17,826 nucleotides of DNA, from the NCBI GenBank assembly GCA_964531465.1, contig CAZHEC010000005.1:1-17826 (forward strand), in the 5' to 3' direction. The notes beneath the pieces are model-generated. The model had not been told where the DNA came from, did no database searches, and was given only the letters and a program-made list of their open reading frames with translations. The translations under genes and the position numbers were made by a program. Shown here one piece after another: positions 6,596-16,677 of this stretch. The stretch's first letter is position 1; every line of letters starts with the position of its first letter. This DNA is from an uncultured Nitrososphaeria archaeon. GTDB lineage: Archaea > Thermoproteota > Nitrososphaeria_A > Caldarchaeales > Wolframiiraptoraceae.

Positions 6596-7104
6596 CTCCT
6601 CTCCACCATATATGACCCTACTTCTTCGGATTTAGTCTTTGTGTCCCTGATTCTGACTGCCACGCCCTCTGAGAGGCTCTTCATACTCCGTCCGGAAACA
6701 ACTGCACGCCCTATGGCTAGCAGCTCTCCCATCTCATCTACGACTAAGGCCTCGTCTCCAGGTAGTAGGCTCTCATCAGCATCAACTACATGTCCGCACG
6801 TCAGGTCCCTTCCCTCCAAGACCCGTCTCACAGCGTCCTTGGCCGCATAGACCCTGAACCGCCTCCCTCCAACAGCTCTGGAGAGCCTCTCTGCACCATG
6901 TATAGTTAGGGCGAGAAGGCCGTCTGGTCTAACTGTAGCTAGCAGTATTCCGTTCAGGTATACCCTCCTGGGTCTCCCAGTTCCCTTGGATATCTCGATG
7001 GTGCTGTTGTCCGGGAAGAGGAGCCTACCCACACCTACGCCGAATTGATAGTCAGCTATCATTCTCACATATCTTAGGTTATCCAACAACCTTGAATCCT
7101 CCAT
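6592..7104 (-). CDS. Stand-alone PUA-domain RNA-binding protein resembling the C-terminal C2+PUA module of archaeosine tRNA-guanine transglycosylase (COG1370-like)
   Basis: The IADYQFGVGVGRLLFP motif, ...LLATVRPDGLLALTIHGAERL, and the PUA-like HVVDADESLLPGDEALVVDEMGELLAIGRAVVSGRSMKSLSEGVAVRIRD. The track ORF extends to 7155. I prefer the ATG at 7104 (MEDSRLLDNLRYVRMIADYQFG), which overlaps the hflX 3' end by 26 nt. The ATG at 7062 is an alternative. Confidence 0.7.
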   Translation of the reverse strand: MEDSRLLDNLRYVRMIADYQFGVGVGRLLFPDNSTIEISKGTGRPRRVYLNGILLATVRPDGLLALTIHGAERLSRAVGGRRFRVYAAKDAVRRVLEGRDLTCGHVVDADESLLPGDEALVVDEMGELLAIGRAVVSGRSMKSLSEGVAVRIRDTKTKSEEVGSYMVERS

Positions 7105-8338
7105 CCACCGAGAGTCTCCGGAGCTTCTCGGCCAGATATGGGGGTGCCTCGGCATCCACCTTCACATAATCCTCACCATATCTTACATTGATTATCTTGG
7201 CTCTTCCATATAGCTCATTTAGAATCTTTGGTGTCCGCCCATCATAAGGTAGTGTAGCTTCCACCTTGATGAAGCCCCCCATCATCTCAGAGGCTTTGGC
7301 CTCAAGCTCCCTCAAGCCCCAGCCATACTTAGCCGATATCATGACGTATGGGTTCCTTACATCAAGCTCGGAAACCCTCTCCTCCAGGTCTACGCCGTCA
7401 AGCCTATCAATCTTGTTAAGGACTATTAGTGTTGGAACATCCTGAGCGCCTATGCTGCTAAGCGTGTCAAGGGAGGTCTCAACCTTCTCTCTCACCTGAT
7501 CTAGTGGTTCAGAGAAATCGGCGACCAGCAGTATCAGATTTGATAGAGCTATCTCCCTGAGGGTTGCATAGAATGCCTCGACCAGGAGGGTTGGCAGATT
7601 TTTTATAAATCCTACAGTGTCGGAGAGGAAGACCGGTTTTCCATTGAACCTGGTTATCCTCGTGGTGGGGGTGAGGGTCGTGAAGAGCTGGTCATTAACC
7701 TCGACTTCTTCGTGAGTTAATGCGTTGAAGAGTGTTGATTTCCCAGCATTCGTGTATCCTGCCAGCGAGATTAATGGGAGGCCGAATCGTCTCCTCTCAA
7801 GCCTCATCAAGTCCATATGCCTCTTAATGTCCTCCAGCTTCCTGTTAATAGAGACAACACGCCTGTGAACCTCATCATAATAGACATCCGCCTCATATGC
7901 CCCGAGGCCATGGAACCCGGGCTGCTCACCCATCTTAGCAAGCCTAACCTTCTCCTTAGCTCTCGATAGCTCGTATTTGAGCTCGGCCAGCTTAATCTGT
8001 AGCTTAGCTTCTTTGCTATGTGCATGCATACTGAATATCTCAAGGATTAGCTGGGTCCGGGTCATCACGGGAACCTTGAGGGTCTTCACGAGGTTATATT
8101 CCTGAACAGGCTTCACCTCATTTTCAAATATTACCTTGGATATTCGGAGCCTCTTCACCGCGTCTTTAAGCTCTCCCAGTTTTCCAGGACCTATGTTGTA
8201 TTTTGGATGTGGCCTCCTGACCTGTTTAAGCTGGTAGACCACCTCGTATCCAGCCGTCTTACAGAGTTCTCTAAGCTCGTCTAGGTTGTCCCGCTCTCCA
8301 GGGTTAATCCGCTGAACTATCGCTACCCGTTCCGCCAC
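7079..8338 (-). CDS. hflX: GTPase HflX (ribosome-associated)
   Basis: 419 aa. An HflX N-terminal domain and coiled-coil linker are followed by a G domain with G1 GYTNAGKSTLFNALT, G3 DTVGFI and G4 NKID. GTG start at 8338 is preceded by GGAGG at a 5-nt spacing. Confidence 0.9.
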   Translation of the reverse strand: MAERVAIVQRINPGERDNLDELRELCKTAGYEVVYQLKQVRRPHPKYNIGPGKLGELKDAVKRLRISKVIFENEVKPVQEYNLVKTLKVPVMTRTQLILEIFSMHAHSKEAKLQIKLAELKYELSRAKEKVRLAKMGEQPGFHGLGAYEADVYYDEVHRRVVSINRKLEDIKRHMDLMRLERRRFGLPLISLAGYTNAGKSTLFNALTHEEVEVNDQLFTTLTPTTRITRFNGKPVFLSDTVGFIKNLPTLLVEAFYATLREIALSNLILLVADFSEPLDQVREKVETSLDTLSSIGAQDVPTLIVLNKIDRLDGVDLEERVSELDVRNPYVMISAKYGWGLRELEAKASEMMGGFIKVEATLPYDGRTPKILNELYGRAKIINVRYGEDYVKVDAEAPPYLAEKLRRLSVDGGFKVVG

Positions 8339-8380
8339 TTTCTCCTCCAGGCTTGAGAAAGCTGGCCCCCTCCTTAAACC

Positions 8381-8722
8381 TTACCTTTCCCTTTCTTTTC
8401 TCAGAAGGTCTCCGAGGCTAATTCCCGTGGATGGTTTTCCCATGTTGCTGTATGAGGTCTCCTCAAGCTCCTCAACAGGAACTAGGATACGGATGTTTAG
8501 TGTTTTCTCGAGTTTTCGGGCTAGGTCGAGGGACGGCCTGAACTCTCCCGACTCTATCTTCTTGACTATTGTTAGTTTCTCATTAATCATCTGAGCCAAA
8601 TCCTCCTGGCTTAACCCCATATCCATTCTCGCCCTCCTAACAATCTCTCCATAGTCCTCCACAAGCTCTAAATCCTCGCCTGGGAGAATATCACGCCTCC
8701 TGCTCCTCCGAATCCTACTCAT
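8381..8722 (-). CDS. mbf1: MBF1-like helix-turn-helix (Cro/C1-type) protein lacking the usual N-terminal zinc ribbon
   Basis: 113-114 aa (GTG 8725 or ATG 8722). GEIVRRARMDMGLSQEDLAQMINEKLTIVKKIESGEFRPSLDLARKLEKTLNIRIL is a typical MBF1/XRE HTH. There is an in-frame stop at 8738..8740, so no N-terminal extension is possible. It sits directly upstream of hflX. Confidence 0.7.
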   Translation of the reverse strand: MSRIRRSRRRDILPGEDLELVEDYGEIVRRARMDMGLSQEDLAQMINEKLTIVKKIESGEFRPSLDLARKLEKTLNIRILVPVEELEETSYSNMGKPSTGISLGDLLRKERER

Positions 8723-8779
8723 CACATATAAGAGCCATTAAGAACGTATTAAGGGTTTGATAAGCTATAAGGAGTGTTG

Positions 8780-9859
8780 ATGAATAGGAGGAGGGTTGTA
8801 AAGATTCTGGGGGGTGTAGCCGCATTAACCCTAACTGGAGCCATTGCTTACAGGGTTCTTTGGCCTAAAAGCATTGGCGGAGAAGGTGTTGAAGCCGATG
8901 TTGAGATAGTCGCCGAGGGTTTGGAGGCTCCATGGAGTATCGCTACACTCGATGACGGGTTAATAGTATCTGAGAGGCCTGGGAGAATTCTTATTATTCG
9001 TGGAGGTGGGAAGAGGCTCATCAAGGAGTTTGATGTGGCCGCCGTGGGGGAGGCAGGTCTACTTGGGATAGCCCTTCACCCCGAGTATAACTCAAGACCT
9101 AAACTGTATCTCTACATAAGCTACTTTAAAGATGGAAGAATTATGAACAAGGTTGTCTCAGGGAGATTAGATATAGAAAAGCTTAGGCTAACCAGTTTTG
9201 AGGATATCATAGACGGTATTCCTGGAGCGGCTATCCATGATGGGGGAAGGATAAGGTTCGGTCCAGACGGGATGCTATACATAACGACCGGCGATGCTGC
9301 TCAGCCCAGCATATCCCAGGACCTAGGCTCCCTGGCGGGAAAGATACTGCGTGTAGAGGATGATGGCTCCATACCCTCTGACAACCCCTTCCCAGGCAGC
9401 CCCATATACAGCTATGGCCACAGGAACCCGCAAGGAATAGACTGGCATAGGTCAGGCGCACTACTCTCATCCGAGCATGGACCAGTAGGTCATGACGAGG
9501 TGAACCTAATACTCCCAGGGGAGAACTATGGATGGCCCCACACAACGGGAACCGTGAACGGGGATTTTGGCCGCAGACCTCTAATCGACTTCGGGCCTGT
9601 TAGCGTCGCCCCATCCGGCTCATCATTCCTCGGAGACCATTTTCTAATCGCATGCCTTAGAGGTGAGCGGATTATTCGTCTAAGGTTTGATGGTGAAAAA
9701 GTTGGTGATGTTGTGAGCCTCTTTGTAGGCGAGTTTGGGAGATTGAGGGACGTGGTTCCCGAGCCAAGTGGAGGAGTATTAGTGGCTACCAGCAATAGGG
9801 ATGGGAGAGGGAGGCCGAGACCTGGAGACGACAAGATTCTGAGAATCCACATAGATTAA
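8780..9859 (+). CDS. PQQ-dependent soluble aldose sugar dehydrogenase family (glucose/sorbosone dehydrogenase beta-propeller) with an N-terminal signal/anchor
   Basis: Family motifs present: GLLGIALHPEY, HDGGRIRFGPDGMLYITTGD, GHRNPQGIDW, EHGPVGHDEVN, ENYGWP. The N-terminus is NRRRVVKILGGVAALTLTGAIAY (Arg-rich, then a hydrophobic helix). The track starts at GTG 8774; the ATG at 8780 after GGAG (8771..8774) is more likely. Confidence 0.85.
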   Translation: MNRRRVVKILGGVAALTLTGAIAYRVLWPKSIGGEGVEADVEIVAEGLEAPWSIATLDDGLIVSERPGRILIIRGGGKRLIKEFDVAAVGEAGLLGIALHPEYNSRPKLYLYISYFKDGRIMNKVVSGRLDIEKLRLTSFEDIIDGIPGAAIHDGGRIRFGPDGMLYITTGDAAQPSISQDLGSLAGKILRVEDDGSIPSDNPFPGSPIYSYGHRNPQGIDWHRSGALLSSEHGPVGHDEVNLILPGENYGWPHTTGTVNGDFGRRPLIDFGPVSVAPSGSSFLGDHFLIACLRGERIIRLRFDGEKVGDVVSLFVGEFGRLRDVVPEPSGGVLVATSNRDGRGRPRPGDDKILRIHID

Positions 9860-9865
9860 TCATGG

Positions 9866-9909
9866 ATAAAGTTATTAACTATCACAGAGTTTTCTCCTTA
9901 GGGAGGTGG
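9866..9909 (+). promoter_or_regulatory. hsp20-cdc48 promoter region: A/T-rich TATA-like element containing a 5-1-5 palindrome, plus a strong Shine-Dalgarno site
   Basis: GATAAAGTTATTAACT, with the palindrome AGTTA-T-TAACT at 9870..9880, lies about 40 nt upstream of the ATG. GGGAGGTGG at 9901..9909 lies 4 nt before ATG 9914. Unlike its neighbours, this gene looks leadered. Confidence 0.35.
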
Positions 9910-9913
9910 TTGT

Positions 9914-12669
<2,756 letters not shown>

Positions 12670-12672
12670 AAC

Positions 12673-14574
12673 CTACATCTCCTCGAGCACAGGTATCCCA
12701 AGAATCCTCATGGCATTGCCTAGAACTATCCTGAATGACTCTACTATACCTAGCCTGAACTTCCTTACGTCGGGAGGGGCCTGGAGAACCGGGACACGCT
12801 CATAGAAATTATTGAATTCTGAGGCAAGCTTGTAGGAGTAGGTTGCCAGGGTTTTTGGGGAAAGGTTTCTGCCAGCTTCCTCGACCACATCGGGGAATGA
12901 TGCAAGCATTCGTAGGAGATTCTTCTCCGCTTCACCCACATCTCCGGACACATTACCAGATGGAGGAGAGTCGGCCTTCTCCAGAATCCTACATGCACGT
13001 GCATAAGAGTATTGCAGATACGGTCCCGTATTCCCCTCAAGACGCATCATTTCACTCGTGTCCAACACTATTAGCTTGTCTGGGTCAGGTTTTATGAGGG
13101 CGTAGCGTAAAGCCCCTACAGCTATCTTCTCTGCCACCGTCCAGACCTTCTCTTGACTCCAGTCAGGATGCCTGTCTCTGGTCTCTTTAGCCGCCGTATC
13201 TCTGAGCATGTTGAGAAGTGCATCCACCTTTACATATAGCCCCCGCCTACCACTCATATGGACCATCTGTTCACCCCCCTTCGGCTTATACCCTAGATTG
13301 ACAGCATCCTTCACGCCCAAGGCCACAACTTCATACCCATAGTGGATGTATCGCTCATATGGGAGGTTGAGTAGCTTCAAGGCATACCTTACAATCTCCT
13401 GAGGCCTCGTCTGCCTAACATCTATAACATTTATGGAGAGGTCTACCATCCCGAGAGGTCTCCTTAATCTACCCTCCCTATCAGTTACTAGTATCTCTGT
13501 CCCATCCGGGTTTCTCCCCCACACATGGTAGGTGAAGTCCCCCTCGACGCCTCCTAGTTTCCAGGCTGCGTATGCTATGTCTCTGGCCACGTAGGTTGTG
13601 GTTCCATCGCTCTTTACCAGCACTTCGTCTCCCTCCTTGGAGAGCCTCGGATGCCCTGAGAGGTCGAGGAGCCAGCATCCCTTCTTAGACCCCTCCTCCG
13701 CCAGGTAGGCCGCACCACCCTCCTTAAGCCTCCCGAAGACATAGCTCCATAAGTCGAGGTGGAGGATGTCGCTCTCCATGTTCAATATATCATATCTTGC
13801 CCCGATCCTCCAGCAGGTCTTGAGCTGGTCTCTGAGAACCCTGTCAACCACCATCCTGTTAACCTCATAGTAGCGCCCTTCTCCGGACTCTATGGCCTTC
13901 GCTATCCTCCGCCTCTTCTCAGCTAGCCCGGGATCCCCATCGACCATGGCCGAAACCTTCACATAGACTATATCTCCACAGTATTCGTCGAACCTCATGC
14001 CTTGGGGCGGCTCGAGGCTATAGCCGAGTTCCGTGAAGCCCATCACTACGTCAGCCATCTGGGAACCGCTATCGTCTATGTAGTTGAGGACTGTTACCTT
14101 GTATCCTAGGAAGGTTAGGAGCCTGTATAGTGTGTCGCCTAGGCATATGTTCCTAGCATGTCCCACATGGAGGGGCTTGTTGGGGTTCACGCTTGTATGC
14201 TCGACCAATACGTGCCGCCCTCTCCCCAGATCATTCGAGCCGTAGCCCTCTGACTCGGAGAGTATAGTGGAGATGATTAGCGATGCATATCGCTTCCAGT
14301 TGACCTTGAAGTTGATGTATCCGCCTGCAGCCTCTACATCGGACACCAGCCCCTCCCCCACCTTTATCCTTCCAACGATCTCTCCCGCAAGCTCCACGGG
14401 GTTTCTTCCAAGCTTCCTTGCTAGCTCGAAAACCGAGTATGACGCCTCGCCATACCTGAAGCTCTTCGGGGGTCCGACCTTAGGCTCCTCTACGCCTGCC
14501 TTCCTAAGGAGCATGGATGCTTCCTCTAGAACCCTCCGATAAACCAGGACCCTAACCCCTCCCGAACCATCCAT
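12673..14574 (-). CDS. argS: Arginine--tRNA ligase (ArgRS)
   Basis: 633 aa class I aaRS. HIGH-type motif PNKPLHVGHARN, MSGRRG in the KMSKS position, a DALR-type anticodon-binding C-terminus, and a terminal ...LEEM. Confidence 0.95.
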   Translation of the reverse strand: MDGSGGVRVLVYRRVLEEASMLLRKAGVEEPKVGPPKSFRYGEASYSVFELARKLGRNPVELAGEIVGRIKVGEGLVSDVEAAGGYINFKVNWKRYASLIISTILSESEGYGSNDLGRGRHVLVEHTSVNPNKPLHVGHARNICLGDTLYRLLTFLGYKVTVLNYIDDSGSQMADVVMGFTELGYSLEPPQGMRFDEYCGDIVYVKVSAMVDGDPGLAEKRRRIAKAIESGEGRYYEVNRMVVDRVLRDQLKTCWRIGARYDILNMESDILHLDLWSYVFGRLKEGGAAYLAEEGSKKGCWLLDLSGHPRLSKEGDEVLVKSDGTTTYVARDIAYAAWKLGGVEGDFTYHVWGRNPDGTEILVTDREGRLRRPLGMVDLSINVIDVRQTRPQEIVRYALKLLNLPYERYIHYGYEVVALGVKDAVNLGYKPKGGEQMVHMSGRRGLYVKVDALLNMLRDTAAKETRDRHPDWSQEKVWTVAEKIAVGALRYALIKPDPDKLIVLDTSEMMRLEGNTGPYLQYSYARACRILEKADSPPSGNVSGDVGEAEKNLLRMLASFPDVVEEAGRNLSPKTLATYSYKLASEFNNFYERVPVLQAPPDVRKFRLGIVESFRIVLGNAMRILGIPVLEEM

Positions 14575-14618
14575 ATGCTCCTAGAATTTAATCCCTCAAT
14601 AATTGGGGACTTCCTGAG

Positions 14619-14625
14619 TTTATAT
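14619..14625 (+). promoter_or_regulatory. TATA-like box (TTTATAT) in the argS / DRG-GTPase divergent intergenic region
   Basis: Centred about 30 nt upstream of the ATG at 14652. Its reverse complement ATATAAA could also serve argS, about 48 nt upstream, where AGGAG sits 3 nt before the argS ATG. Confidence 0.3.
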
Positions 14626-14651
14626 CTAGGTTTTCGCCGGATGACTTTGGG

Positions 14652-15809
14652 ATGCCGGCTAATCTGCCAGCCGAGGCCCAGAAGGCCCTGGCCAAATATC
14701 AGGCTGCTAGGACGCCTAGGGAGAAGATTAAGGCTTTGGAAGAGGCCTTGAGCCTTATTCCAGCCCATAAGGGGACTGAGAAGCTTAGGGGTAGGCTGAG
14801 GAGGAGAATTGCGGAGCTTAGGAGGGAGGAGGAGAGGAGAGCAGCGGCCAAGTCTGGTAGAAGAGACTACTTCACAGTCCCGAGGGAAGGCCATGCACAG
14901 GTCGCCATAATAGGTGCAGCAAACTCGGGGAAATCCTCCATACTGAGAGCCTTAACTAATGCAAAGCCATTAGTCGCACCATACCCTTTCTCCACACCTA
15001 AGCCCACGCCAGGCATGCTACTACACCAAGGCTACGAGATACAGTTGGTGGAGGTTCCGGCGATATTGACTGAGGAGCTGGAGGAGACCCAGTTCACTGG
15101 GAGGGGGCTAGGTCTCGCTAAGAACGCCGACGCCCTTCTTATAGTCCTGGATGGTGCAAGCCGTCCCCTAACACAGCTCAGCAGGATTCTCAAGCTTCTG
15201 GACGAGGTGGGTGTAAGCATTAAGCCCAAGAGGGCTGAGGTGATGGTTGAGAAGAAGGACAGCGGAGGTGTAAGGCTTGTTGTCTTCGGAAGCCTCAAGG
15301 CCGGATATAGAGATGTTGAGGAGCTTCTCAAGAGCATAGGGATAAAGAACGCTGTAGTAAAGGTGTATGGAGATGCCGAGCTGGACGACATAGAGGAGGC
15401 AGTCATACGGGAAGTAATGATAAAGAAGGCGATATTAGTCCTTAACAAGTCCGACGCCGCAGACCCAGAGACGGTAAAGACCCTCAAGAAATTCCTCCAA
15501 GACCATGGAATACCATTTATAGCGATCTCCGCGGAGAAGGGTGAAGGACTCGAATCACTTAAGGAGAGGATACTCGAGTCCCTCCAGTTAATCAGGGTCT
15601 ACACCCAGAAGAACGGGGTCGTGGCTAATGAGCCGATAGTGGTTAGGAAGGGAACCACGGTGAAGGAGCTTGCCGAGATAATCCATAGGGAGATGGCGGA
15701 GAAGATGAGGTATGCCAGGGTTTGGGGGAAGTCGGTGAAGCTTCAGGGCCAGCAAGTAGGCCCAGACCACGAGCTAGAAGACGGAGACGTGGTCGAGATA
15801 TACACCTAG
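14652..15809 (+). CDS. DRG-family (Obg-like) GTPase with a C-terminal TGS domain; atypical G3 motif
   Basis: 385 aa. G1 is GAANSGKS, the G2 region is PFSTPKPTPG, and G4 is NKSD. The TGS domain is LIRVYTQKNG...VWGKSVKLQGQQVGPDHELEDGDVVEI. It lines up residue-for-residue with what I recall of eukaryotic DRG1, except that DLPG is replaced by EVPA. Confidence 0.85.
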   Translation: MPANLPAEAQKALAKYQAARTPREKIKALEEALSLIPAHKGTEKLRGRLRRRIAELRREEERRAAAKSGRRDYFTVPREGHAQVAIIGAANSGKSSILRALTNAKPLVAPYPFSTPKPTPGMLLHQGYEIQLVEVPAILTEELEETQFTGRGLGLAKNADALLIVLDGASRPLTQLSRILKLLDEVGVSIKPKRAEVMVEKKDSGGVRLVVFGSLKAGYRDVEELLKSIGIKNAVVKVYGDAELDDIEEAVIREVMIKKAILVLNKSDAADPETVKTLKKFLQDHGIPFIAISAEKGEGLESLKERILESLQLIRVYTQKNGVVANEPIVVRKGTTVKELAEIIHREMAEKMRYARVWGKSVKLQGQQVGPDHELEDGDVVEIYT

Positions 15810-15811
15810 TT

Positions 15812-15823
15812 GAAAACTTTTAT
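15812..15823 (+). promoter_or_regulatory. BRE/TATA-like element (GAAAACTTTTAT) for the nuoJ/K-like trio
   Basis: It starts 3 nt after the DRG stop. The TATA centre lies about 29 nt upstream of the ATG at 15849, which would make that ATG a leaderless start. Confidence 0.3.
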
Positions 15824-15848
15824 GGTGATTGTTCATGTGTTCCGTGGG

Positions 15849-16097
15849 ATGGCTCTGGAGGCAGTAGAGTCAATACTACTCGCAGTTCTGGTCGCTGCAT
15901 CGCTCGTAGCCGTGGAGTCCGAGAGGCTGACACGGGCCGTGCTAGGATTCCTCGTATTCACCATAGCGCTTGGAGCCATATTTATCTTCCTTAACGCAGC
16001 TTACCTCGGATTACTTGTTCTCCTAATATATGCGGGCGCCGCTATAGCGCTTCTCCTAATGGTTATTATGCTTACACGGGGGAGTGAGGAGGGGTGA
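15849..16097 (+). CDS. NuoJ/ND6-like membrane protein, N-terminal half (TM1-3; equivalent to MbhD-type subunits)
   Basis: LVAVESERLTRAVLGFLVFTIALGAIFIFLNAAYLGLLVLLIYAGAAIALLLMVIML parallels the NuoJ pattern ...NPVHALLYLIISLL..GVFF.LGA.F...LEIIVYAGAIMVLFVFVVMML. The track ORF starts at TTG 15810; I prefer ATG 15849. Confidence 0.65.
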   Translation: MALEAVESILLAVLVAASLVAVESERLTRAVLGFLVFTIALGAIFIFLNAAYLGLLVLLIYAGAAIALLLMVIMLTRGSEEG

Positions 16098-16354
16098 GGG
16101 TCTCAGAGCTGATAGGCTCGATAACATCCATCTTCTTCGCCTTCATACTCTTCTTCAGCCTTGCCAGCAACCCACCAATCCATATAGCGTGGAAGAGGAC
16201 CAGCGAGCTGATAGCACCGGGAGACCTCCAGCTACTCGGAGCATCCATGGCCGAGTATATCTGGAGGAACCTCTTCCCAGCTCTCGTGGCTCTCATCTTG
16301 GTAGCAGTAGCCCTAGCAGTATCACTATACACTCTCCTTAGGGGGGGTGAGTGA
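16094..16354 (+). CDS. Small membrane protein, probable NuoJ C-terminal half (TM4-5; MbhE-type)
   Basis: 86 aa with two hydrophobic helices (SITSIFFAFILFFSLA; LFPALVALILVAVALAVSLYTL). The second resembles the NuoJ C-terminal L(F).PY.L.FELAS.LLL helix. The GTG start overlaps the upstream stop (GTGA). Assignment rests on position and weak similarity. Confidence 0.5.
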   Translation: MRVSELIGSITSIFFAFILFFSLASNPPIHIAWKRTSELIAPGDLQLLGASMAEYIWRNLFPALVALILVAVALAVSLYTLLRGGE

Positions 16355-16665
16355 TGGCTCTCCCAACATTCTACTACCCATTAGTATCCGCCCTAATTTT
16401 CACTATTGGCGTCTACTGCCTCGCAACCAAGAGAAACGTGATAAAGCAGGTGATAGCGATTGAGCTCATGGTGAATGCGGCGAACCTGAACTTTGTGGCC
16501 TTCGCCTACACCCCCGCGGGAGTAGACCCACTCGGCCTAAGCTTCGTCCTCCTCTCCCTAACCGTGGGAGCAGCCATAACAGCAGTAGCCCTGATACTCG
16601 CAGTCCAGATATACAGGACCTACGGGAGGCTCGACGTGGAACTACTACGCAGGCTGAGACGCTGA
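16354..16665 (+). CDS. nuoK: NuoK / ND4L / MrpC / MbhG-like membrane subunit
   Basis: About 103 aa with three TM helices. LIFTIGVYCLATKRNVIKQVIAIELMVNAANLNFVAFA matches the NuoK pattern L.GL.G...RRN.....IG.E.M.NA.NL.FV and includes the conserved TM2 glutamate. The ATG overlaps the upstream TGA (TGATG). Confidence 0.8.
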   Translation: MALPTFYYPLVSALIFTIGVYCLATKRNVIKQVIAIELMVNAANLNFVAFAYTPAGVDPLGLSFVLLSLTVGAAITAVALILAVQIYRTYGRLDVELLRRLRR

Positions 16666-16677
16666 ATCCCAGGAGCC

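Noticed and set aside
6592-7155. Long (187-aa) version of the PUA ORF starting at 7155
   Set aside because: The first 17 codons (MPRHPHIWPRSSGDSRW) lie inside the hflX coding sequence and have no family counterpart. The ATG at 7104 begins a typical N-terminus. It is retained only as an alternative.
8717-8728. C-box-like GTGATGA on the minus strand; other RUGAUGA matches at 4798, 5834, 7876 and 9612, checked as possible C/D-box sRNAs
   Set aside because: Every match lies inside a CDS or on a start codon. None has correctly spaced CUGA D/D' boxes or terminal complementarity, and no intergenic space could hold a 50-60-nt sRNA.
9866-9900. Possible Phr-type heat-shock operator upstream of hsp20
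   Set aside because: The region does not fit the TTTA...AC.....GT...AAAA arrangement I recall for Pyrococcus Phr, and Phr is Thermococcales-specific. Only the generic AGTTA-T-TAACT palindrome is reported.
14526-14894. 122-aa minus-strand ORF crossing the argS/DRG intergenic region
   Set aside because: It overlaps the DRG N-terminus in antisense and would run through both promoters. Its composition is Pro/Leu/Arg-rich, and the DRG frame has clear homology.
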